64,000 bases of DNA from an uncultured virus (IMG/VR IMGVR_UViG_3300037418_003661) (taxonomy: Duplodnaviria > Heunggongvirae > Uroviricota > Caudoviricetes). The notes beneath the pieces were generated by a model. It was not told where the DNA came from, searched no databases, and saw only the letters and a program-made list of their open reading frames with translations. How positions within the stretch are numbered: position 1 is the first letter of the stretch; each line of letters starts with the position of its first letter. Of this stretch, positions 58,301-64,000 are shown piece after piece. A program made the position numbers and the translations under genes. The stretch is taken from the IMG/VR virus record IMGVR_UViG_3300037418_003661. One strand, given 5' to 3'.

Positions 58301-58937
58301 CTCTGGGTTCGCCGTGGGTCACGTTGGCCGTGCCGCCTTCGGTTACGCCGCGGGTGCGGCTTTGGGTGGTTTGCTAGGTACCAGCGGCAGTGGTCTCAGC
58401 GGCAGCGATCAGTTCTCCGCCGCAGCCGAAGGTGCGCTGTGGGGTGCCATGGGGAACAACCCGCGCGCGTTGATGTTTGGTTTGCGGTCGCACGTCGGCC
58501 AGCAGTCCCGCGACGAGATCGAGGGAACCCTGGGCACCATGGTCGTGGGCTTGGGCGTCGGCACACCGGTCAGCGCACTGGTCGAGCACCGCATCACACG
58601 CAGCCGCGGCGGTGCCGCCGGTCAGATCGCAGGCTTCGTGGCAGGTGCGGCTATTTGGTCGATGGCCGAACTGGGTCGTGGGCTCATCACCGGTTGGCGC
58701 GGACGCGCTGCCGCCGCGGCCAGCAACACCGTCAATCAGACGGCGCTCGCCACGTCGACGGACCGCGCACGCGACCTGGCACAGGAGTCGTCGGACGAGT
58801 TCGAGAACTTCGACATCGAGTTCCAGGACGAGCAAGGCAACGTCCTGGATGTCGACTTCGAGGATGACGAACGCAGCGTGACCGAGGTGGTCGACGAAGA
58901 CGGTGAGGACTTCGCCTTCGACCTGGAAGTCGCCTAG
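55371..58937 (+). CDS. 1188-aa protein of unknown function with C-terminal Gly/Ala-rich hydrophobic segments and an acidic tail
   Basis: Only large plus-strand gene with coding-type codon usage; glycine-zipper-like AAFGYAAGAALGGLLG and GQIAGFVAGAAIW; its stop overlaps that of the convergent gene (CTAG). Confidence 0.8.
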   Translation: MAFFVLRNTQTDLYQVVEAANRAEVESRWLRGKPFVYGTGRIFADPTSAQGWLSNASVPDMGKRPATLDLAMGQQMLARVRAEEAADRVVENSIPDASAESDGSRTQPEDRDAERDGLTRPEKGDVFKKTEIIPADAPRPIGESVWGKAEDLLPSDADLVRSTFEEAERFVDTATHEMAKRNEDMLADGRRTSPKPPKITETTTKNAFVRTFDASGQVTSADHFTYSVKPAATRSMSVGWRDHPDYMGPVPGSQLEPLVPPEDPVFKPRQGWTRTPDKYQIREFYHDIATARSVAAVTGGRVSMVEAGVAGPESLAMVTYLNKRYNKAASVGADPVRAQYDGYTFTSRRSLDAFVQRKLADAYEAPRRPWEGGVRINMGLVAGDYHQNSLGPDGRPVARPGYISKGMRPATPEDVARFNDEAANIQARTRASQERYAGLDGNRDDYRTGVARSLVSDGLSSPDFEQGDRSAWEMQRAGDLMEDRIDAAMYGGTIDPITGFRSTEVSKSLMPSGFGDDALGRPEMLSSEVHFFTRSHEEALLMARRRSGHIAKVETAPTPYYEFTLKPYNARPDAKRLRSMLGRKAGYVNADQLYLEAMNLPSDYYSQRRISSDPHAEAGRIAKALGAGLEAFRLSDMSRFVDVAAIVNEGTDAVIGYKLTYAKDITRINHGDASLSAGPLGGGEKIQYMHIKRSDGTEESGHFAWRDGQWVKTSRPHRGAENVIDMVADHEQTAYISWNKQGELTIRAYTESEAQRISGILRERDPHIQLNAKIGKSTEAYDVRFYDKEFDYTGKTPAREPKLPEAGVDQLYPDRVPSSSPLAPTNRPQVSRQQGAPLGQLVSPSTPGLSPLNTRTAAAIPVTTTRVGAAGDRNSSWWSQPEHVFALRGLDRLSSAAPLGALVMDAEPAIARTVHPDPYVSDPRREETTQRWAVNQQNRAIAQTREREMFAREEAAHVSPLSNTELHARTLLGALPGSGFAVGHVGRAAFGYAAGAALGGLLGTSGSGLSGSDQFSAAAEGALWGAMGNNPRALMFGLRSHVGQQSRDEIEGTLGTMVVGLGVGTPVSALVEHRITRSRGGAAGQIAGFVAGAAIWSMAELGRGLITGWRGRAAAAASNTVNQTALATSTDRARDLAQESSDEFENFDIEFQDEQGNVLDVDFEDDERSVTEVVDEDGEDFAFDLEVA

Positions 58938-60031
58938 GCCCCGCCCCCAGCGCCTGTGGTGCCCGTCGTGGTCGGCATCTGTTGCGCGATCTCCTGACGG
59001 ACCTGCTTCGACCAGCCATCGATCACATCCACCACGGACAGGATCGCCTTCTTGGTCTCTTCGTTGTCCACGCGGTTGATGCGCAGAGCCAGGAACGCCG
59101 GGGTCATGCTGTCCTTGAAGAACTTCTGCAGCTCTTCGAAGGACTTCTTGACGTCTGCCTTCGCCTGGCCGACGGGCGAGTGCATGAACCGCTCCAGGTT
59201 CTGCCGTGCCTTCGACGCATCTGCCGCCACTTCGCGCAGCTGCATCTCGACCGTCTCCTTGGCCTGTGTCGCCTGCTCCAGCTGGATCTTGAGCTTGCCG
59301 ATCTCCGGGTCGCCCTCGCCGATCTTGGTGGCCGCCTCGTGCAGCTTGACCTGCCCCGACAACTCCGTCACGCGCGCGGCGCGCTCGTTGACGTCCGTCT
59401 GGAGCTGCTTGGTCTGCTCGTCCATCTGGGTGATGCGACTCTGCAACTCGTCCGCGCGCTCCGCTGCTTCGGCCGCGCCCATCTCGCGTGCCTTCTTGAG
59501 CTGGTCGTCGAGCTGCTTGCGCAGCTTGGGCGACGTCTCCGCCAAGCTCTTGAGGTCGAGGTCGACCTTGCCCGCGTTGGCGGCCGAGATCAGCTCGCGC
59601 GTGTCCTTGGTGTTGAGCTGGGCGGCCGACACCACGCGCGCCAGCTTGGCAACGTCTTCCGGCGTGCTGTTGTGGAAGTTGAAGCGCGCGACCTCGCGGA
59701 AGTGCCGGAACGTGAGGTTCATCGGCACCGCTTCGGCGTCCTTGAAGACGTCCGCGACCTGGATCATCCGGTTCGCGTAGTCCTTGCTGTAGGCGAAGTG
59801 CTCGCACCACTTCTCCCAGGCACCGGTCACGCCCTTGTCCTTGAGGATGGTGCGGATCGAGCCCAGCTTCCTACCCATCTCCCAGAGCGCCCGACCAGCG
59901 ACCGCCTCCAGGTTGACGACGTCCTCGGTCAGCGACCGCACGAGCGCGGCGCTGTCCTCGCTGACGTTCAGCCCCTGCAAGAACGCGTGCTGATCCGCCT
60001 GCTGGGCGACCAGCTCCGAACCCTTAGCCAC
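58934..60031 (-). CDS. DUF3102-domain protein with a long coiled coil
   Basis: GAGGAGG RBS then GTG at 60031; WEMGRKLGSIR..L...GAWEKWC..F.YS..YANRMIQVA matches the DUF3102 pattern. Confidence 0.7.
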   Translation of the reverse strand: MAKGSELVAQQADQHAFLQGLNVSEDSAALVRSLTEDVVNLEAVAGRALWEMGRKLGSIRTILKDKGVTGAWEKWCEHFAYSKDYANRMIQVADVFKDAEAVPMNLTFRHFREVARFNFHNSTPEDVAKLARVVSAAQLNTKDTRELISAANAGKVDLDLKSLAETSPKLRKQLDDQLKKAREMGAAEAAERADELQSRITQMDEQTKQLQTDVNERAARVTELSGQVKLHEAATKIGEGDPEIGKLKIQLEQATQAKETVEMQLREVAADASKARQNLERFMHSPVGQAKADVKKSFEELQKFFKDSMTPAFLALRINRVDNEETKKAILSVVDVIDGWSKQVRQEIAQQMPTTTGTTGAGGGA

Positions 60032-60623
60032 TGACTGCCTCCTCGCTGTCGACCAGCGTGCCGTTGACGACTTCGATGTCGGAGATCGCCACGGTGATCT
60101 CCATCGTGGGGACTTCCTTCTTGACGCCCGCCGCGTGGACGTGCAGGATCTCGCCGTAGACTTGATCCTCTTCGTCGTCCTTGACAAAGTTGATGCGCAG
60201 GATCTTCGTCTCGCGCTCGCCCTTCACTCCGTTCAGCACGTCGACGATGTCGGCTTTGTAGGCGCCCTTGCAGATCACCATCATGTAGTCCGGCATCGGA
60301 ACCTTGCCTTCGGCGATGCACTCGACATCGTCGAAGAACAGGCCGCGCTCGAACCAGAAGACGCTCTGCAGCAGGTCCAAGGTGTAAGACATCGGCCCGT
60401 GCTTCAAGCCGCTGAAGTCGATGTCGAAGCCCTGCAACGGGTCGGGACCCACGGGGAAGTTCAGCGGGCGCTCGTACTCCTCCTTCGGCAGGTTCCCGAA
60501 GGACGCCTTCATCAGCTCGACTTCCTCGTCGGTAGGGACAGCAGGCTCCTCGGGGAGTCCGGCCTTCAGACGAGCTGCTTGCAGATCGTCGGGGATGCGG
60601 TAGGGGTCTTCCTTATGCGTCAT
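60024..60623 (-). CDS. Hypothetical protein carrying tail-tube-like motifs (199 aa)
   Basis: GAGGAG RBS then ATG at 60623; contains GPDPLQGFDI and FERGLF, compare GADPLQGFDV and LEKGLL in the tube proteins. Confidence 0.65.
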   Translation of the reverse strand: MTHKEDPYRIPDDLQAARLKAGLPEEPAVPTDEEVELMKASFGNLPKEEYERPLNFPVGPDPLQGFDIDFSGLKHGPMSYTLDLLQSVFWFERGLFFDDVECIAEGKVPMPDYMMVICKGAYKADIVDVLNGVKGERETKILRINFVKDDEEDQVYGEILHVHAAGVKKEVPTMEITVAISDIEVVNGTLVDSEEAVSG

Positions 60624-60625
60624 GA

Positions 60626-60883
60626 CTAGGTTTCTCCTCTCAACACCTGCTGTAGTAGCACCACCACACGCTGCGCCCACTCACGGAGCTGTGGCGTCAT
60701 GTCTCGCGTGAAGCGAGACGCCAACTTGTCGTACAAGAGCGAAGGCTCGCGCAAATTGTAGAACCGCCACATCTGCTCGATGAGCTTGCCCTTCGTCTGT
60801 CCGCTTTGGGTCAGGTGCGCGTCGATCTCCTTCTGGATCTGTGGATCGAGGTAGCAGCTGAATTGGGGTTTGTTGGTGCCCAT
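60626..60883 (-). CDS. Ribbon-helix-helix-like DNA-binding protein
   Basis: KPQFSCYLDPQIQKEIDAHL..SGQTKGKLIEQ shows a beta-strand/helix/G-x-S(T)/helix pattern. Confidence 0.6.
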   Translation of the reverse strand: MGTNKPQFSCYLDPQIQKEIDAHLTQSGQTKGKLIEQMWRFYNLREPSLLYDKLASRFTRDMTPQLREWAQRVVVLLQQVLRGET

Positions 60884-61092
60884 CCGTTACCTTCTAGTTC
60901 AGGTCCAGCTTGGCGTCTAGCGAATGCTTCGCCAAGCGGATCTCGTCGGCTGAGATGACAACCGTCTCATGACGACCGTACTCCTTTGGATCTTCCACCG
61001 CCAAACGGGGGAAGCACTCCAGGCTACAGTACAAGTCGAGGGGGCATCACGATGACTCGTTGCATGTGGTCGCTCCTAGGATCAACAAAGCT

Positions 61093-61121
61093 ACTGTACC
61101 ACGACTTCCATGGAAGGTCTA
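61093..61121 (-). promoter_or_regulatory. Putative sigma70-type leftward promoter with a palindromic operator in the spacer
   Basis: Minus strand TAGACC-17 nt-TACAGT with TG extension; perfect palindrome CTTCCATGGAAG at 61105-61116. Confidence 0.5.
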
Positions 61122-61169
61122 GCACTTCCACCTACTTTGTGCTAAAGTAGCGACCAGCAAAGGAGAACC

Positions 61170-61457
61170 GTGGTGAACTGGGACACGCAGCCTAACACCC
61201 GTGCGGTTCTCCTCGCACTCGATCCTGTCCTGTGTGAGCTAGCGTTTGCTCGTCGGATCAACTTCGTCCGGGACGCCATCCAATCGGTCATCGCCTTCTG
61301 TACGGTGACCAACCAGAAGGTTCCCGAGCACGCCATGGTGATCGACTGGCAAGAGCAGCTGGTCTTCATCGACCACCCCACCCCTGTCGACAAGATGCGG
61401 TGGTACCAGGTCATCACCCAGATGCTCTTCATCAAGAACCAAGGAGGCTCTCTGTGA
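61170..61457 (+). CDS. Hypothetical protein (95 aa)
   Basis: AAGGAG RBS; ends in the only TGA stop called, in a GTGA overlap. Confidence 0.7.
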   Translation: MVNWDTQPNTRAVLLALDPVLCELAFARRINFVRDAIQSVIAFCTVTNQKVPEHAMVIDWQEQLVFIDHPTPVDKMRWYQVITQMLFIKNQGGSL

Positions 61458-61693
61458 GCGACCGCACCAACGATCTGGCCCGTCTCCACAACCGTCTCTA
61501 CGAGGCGTATGGTCCCACCTCCGGCATCCAGTTCCTCGCCGTCATCGGTCCGAAGTTGGACCCCGAAGTCAGTGTCATGAACTTGGAGAAGGCGCTGGAC
61601 ACCATCAACCACTACGCGGCGAACCCGGAGCTTCGCCATAGTCAATTGTTGTCTTTCCTCCCCCTCAACACCTTGTTCACCGTTACCCTCTAG
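61454..61693 (+). CDS. Hypothetical protein (79 aa)
   Basis: AAGGAGG RBS and GTG start overlapping the previous stop; MSDRTNDLARLH... Confidence 0.7.
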   Translation: MSDRTNDLARLHNRLYEAYGPTSGIQFLAVIGPKLDPEVSVMNLEKALDTINHYAANPELRHSQLLSFLPLNTLFTVTL

Positions 61694-61709
61694 TTGGAAG
61701 GAGTCTCCC

Positions 61710-62171
61710 GTGACCCGCATCAAGCCCAAACTCAAGGCGCCCGTTCAGAGTCCCGAGCAGCAGCGTCGGACCGAGCTGATCCAGGCTCACGTCGACCGTG
61801 TCTTGCAGGCGGCCGACAAGAGCGAGATCCCGGTTCCCAAGGCGACCTGCGCGCGTGTCATCACGCAGCAGACGATCGACTACCTGAACCGTCGGCTCTA
61901 CGGCGTCAAGACGGTGGACAAGCGCGTCAAGGCAGACATTGCCAAGGCGATCGTCGTCATCAAGGAATCGTTCGCCGAGAACGCGGTGCCGTTGCCCACG
62001 AGCATCATGGACAGCTGGGTGGGTGGTCGCGTCCACCTGCGTCTGACCTTCAAGAAGTCGGACGATCTGCAGATGGCGATCGAGCAGCTGCAAGCACTCC
62101 CGCCAGCTGACGACGAGACCGCCAAGGCGATCGAAGAGACCATCGCGGGCTTCCGTCGGGAGAAGCACTAG
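61710..62171 (+). CDS. Hypothetical protein (153 aa)
   Basis: GAAGGAG RBS and coding-type codon usage. Confidence 0.75.
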   Translation: MTRIKPKLKAPVQSPEQQRRTELIQAHVDRVLQAADKSEIPVPKATCARVITQQTIDYLNRRLYGVKTVDKRVKADIAKAIVVIKESFAENAVPLPTSIMDSWVGGRVHLRLTFKKSDDLQMAIEQLQALPPADDETAKAIEETIAGFRREKH

Positions 62172-62300
62172 ATGACGATGCACAGCAAGGTCTGCACCTG
62201 CGGCAAGACTTTCCAGACTGCCGATCCCAAGCGGGTTCAGTGCCCGACCTGCCAACCACCTCCGCAGGTGCAGGTGATGTCGGAGAGTCACAACCGTTAA
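62172..62300 (+). CDS. Small zinc-ribbon protein (42 aa)
   Basis: Below the ORF-track cutoff; MTMHSKVCTCGKTFQTADPKRVQCPTCQPP... (CxC...CxxC); abuts the previous stop. Confidence 0.6.
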   Translation: MTMHSKVCTCGKTFQTADPKRVQCPTCQPPPQVQVMSESHNR

Positions 62301-62321
62301 GGGACTCCAAGAACAACAGAT

Positions 62322-62356
62322 GGGACCCATCGCTTAGGCGATGGGTCCCTTTTCTT
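62322..62356 (+). terminator. Intrinsic terminator
   Basis: GGGACCCATCGC-ttag-GCGATGGGTCCC, 12-bp perfect stem followed by TTTTCTT. Confidence 0.85.
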
Positions 62357-62722
62357 ATACGGCGTCGCGCCCTGTGAGCAGCACAAGGACCCAGCAGCAT
62401 GGTGTGGTTCCTGCTGGGTCCCTGTACGCATCCCCAAGCCCACCGTCCGCGGTAGGACTCTACCTTTGTTGTACCACAAGAGTAGGTGGAAGTACACCTA
62501 CTTTGGTTTCAAAAGTATGCATGGTTGTACGAGCCAAGGCGGGGCCTCTGGCCCCACCCCCCTACCCCCTTAGGTCGCGCGAAACACGACCTGGGTACGG
62601 TGGGGCCTCTGGCGATCGCCGTACTACCCGGCGTAACCAGACTACAACCCCTTGCGATCGCCGTTGCCTGACCGCCGTGGTACAGGCTTGCCGATCGCCT
62701 GCCGAGAGGAGCGTTACACACC

Positions 62723-63043
62723 ATGAACGACACCATCAACACGCACGACAAGGTCACCGCTGCTGCCGAGGCTTGGCTCGACCGCTACTTCGCTGGCGAT
62801 CGCCCTGCCTACGTCACCGACCAGCTGCTCGCTGGCTTCCGGTGGATGTTCATCGAGCAGCTCCGCGGCTCCTACACCTGCCGGGAGGCGCACGACGAGG
62901 TCTACGGCGCGGACGAGTTGGAGCTGGGTGCAAGCCCGAAGGGCTTCAAGCTCTACCTCTACGAGCTGGCTGACGCCATCGAGGCTGCACGCGCAGCGAA
63001 GCGCTTGGCGATCGCCCTCCGCGAGGAGGAAGCCCAGGGCTAG
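62723..63043 (+). CDS. Hypothetical protein (106 aa)
   Basis: GAGAGGAG RBS and strong codon bias. Confidence 0.75.
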   Translation: MNDTINTHDKVTAAAEAWLDRYFAGDRPAYVTDQLLAGFRWMFIEQLRGSYTCREAHDEVYGADELELGASPKGFKLYLYELADAIEAARAAKRLAIALREEEAQG

Positions 63044-63395
63044 CGATCGCCGGTGCGTGGGTGCCCTGTTCTTGCCCTTGGCAAGAAGACGCCCACCCAC
63101 GCACCCCACACCGCGCAGCTGGCCTGCCCGGCTACCGCCGGATGGTTGGCGATCGCCTCGAACGGCGAACCAAGGAGCCGCCATTCGGCGGACCGGAACA
63201 AGGCCGGGGCTCACGCCCCTAAGACCCCACGATTGCCAGTCTACTGCGAACACGCAAGCACGCCGTGCACGCAAGGCTGGCGCGCTTCGCGCATTACATG
63301 GGTGTGCTTGCACGCCCGCAGTTCACCCAAGCAATCCTCGTTGATTGCATGGGACGCCGCTGACGCGGCTAAGGGTCGCGTCACCTAGCCGAAAG
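63044..63395 (+). ncRNA. Candidate structured non-coding RNA or leader
   Basis: About 350-nt intergenic block with at least 7 helices visible by eye; no known family recognised, and the strand is inferred from flanking genes. Confidence 0.35.
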
Positions 63396-63405
63396 GACCA
63401 CACCG

Positions 63406-64000
63406 ATGACCACTACCGCTACCAAGCCGCTTCGCCCCTTCCAGATCGCCCTCGCCGAGGCCAAGGCGCTCGCGATGGCGACCGGCAAGGTCCACACCGT
63501 CACCGCCGACAAGGTCGGCCGCGCGATCGCCGCGCCTGCCGCCAAGGTCAAGATGGCCCGCGAGCAGCGCGAGCTGGAAGGCAACACCGCGGATGACCGC
63601 GCGGAGAACAACTGGACCGAGAACGACTCCGTCGGCCTGTCCTACCAGGTGGAGGGTGACCTGGACGCCCAGCTCGATCGCGACGCCAAGGCGTTCGCTG
63701 GCTGGTACGTCGAGCAGCACACCGCGCGGTTCGCCTCGCTGGGCAGCGCCAAGCGCTTCGCCCGGAGCGTGACCCGCGACGAGTCGCCCGCCCGCATCCA
63801 GCGCAAGCGCGTCGACTACACGGTCGGCTTCGCGCCCTGCGCCACCTGGTCGCAGGGGCGCAGCTGGCGGCTGCACCGCTACGAGTTCGTGGTCACCTAC
63901 ACGACCCGCGTGTGCTACGCGGCCGAGGGCGACTACGACTTCGTGCCCGAAGAGCGCGTCGTCGAGTACGACTGCAGCGGTCCCGCGTACGTGGAGGCGC
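63406..64000 (+). CDS. Hypothetical protein (>=198 aa, truncated by the window edge)
   Basis: GAAAGGA RBS then ATG 63406 (MTTTATKPLRPFQIAL...); open to the end and not in the ORF track. Confidence 0.75.
   Translation, partial: MTTTATKPLRPFQIALAEAKALAMATGKVHTVTADKVGRAIAAPAAKVKMAREQRELEGNTADDRAENNWTENDSVGLSYQVEGDLDAQLDRDAKAFAGWYVEQHTARFASLGSAKRFARSVTRDESPARIQRKRVDYTVGFAPCATWSQGRSWRLHRYEFVVTYTTRVCYAAEGDYDFVPEERVVEYDCSGPAYVEA

Larger units (their letters stand above)
62612..63530. repeat. Cluster of GCGATCGC (HIP1-type) palindromes
   Basis: Exact copies start at 62612, 62654, 62796, 63008, 63043, 63149 and 63523, all followed by C; one near copy at 62691. Confidence 0.8.

Noticed and set aside
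61170..62171. TGA read-through fusing 61170-61457 to 61710-62171 (same frame) as evidence of stop-codon reassignment
   Set aside because: The intervening frame has non-coding codon usage and a second TGA, and is occupied by a good overlapping gene with its own RBS; the GTGA overlap indicates a genuine stop.
62300..63405. Possible CRISPR mini-array or tRNA genes in the intergenic blocks
   Set aside because: No regularly spaced 25-40-nt direct repeats and no cloverleaf with a T-loop GTTCRA motif seen.

Overview
This window is the virion-morphogenesis arm of a large, GC-rich (roughly two-thirds GC by eye) contractile-tailed myovirus-type phage. About 55 kb of tightly packed minus-strand genes run right to left: tail-assembly chaperone with an A-AAA-AAG -1 frameshift, DUF935 portal, Mu-like protease/scaffold, major capsid, decoration and neck genes, sheath, two tube paralogues, hub, a split spike, gp25/J/I-like baseplate, DUF4815 protein, about 12 kb of modular fibre genes, a metallopeptidase, a glycoside-hydrolase-like protein, dispersed lysis genes and the terminase large subunit. 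The run ends in a protein of more than 1,000 aa, missing from the ORF track, with an N-terminal tandem phospholipase-D (HKD) domain; it runs off the left edge. No tape-measure gene sits at the usual position, and a lone 1188-aa plus-strand gene diverges from the operon. The right-hand 5 kb is a regulatory/early region with small genes, operator-like repeats, hairpin-dense intergenic blocks and a cluster of GCGATCGC (HIP1) sites. Of 59 called stop codons, 58 are TAG or TAA and only one is TGA. All family assignments are by-eye motif recognition, not database searches.
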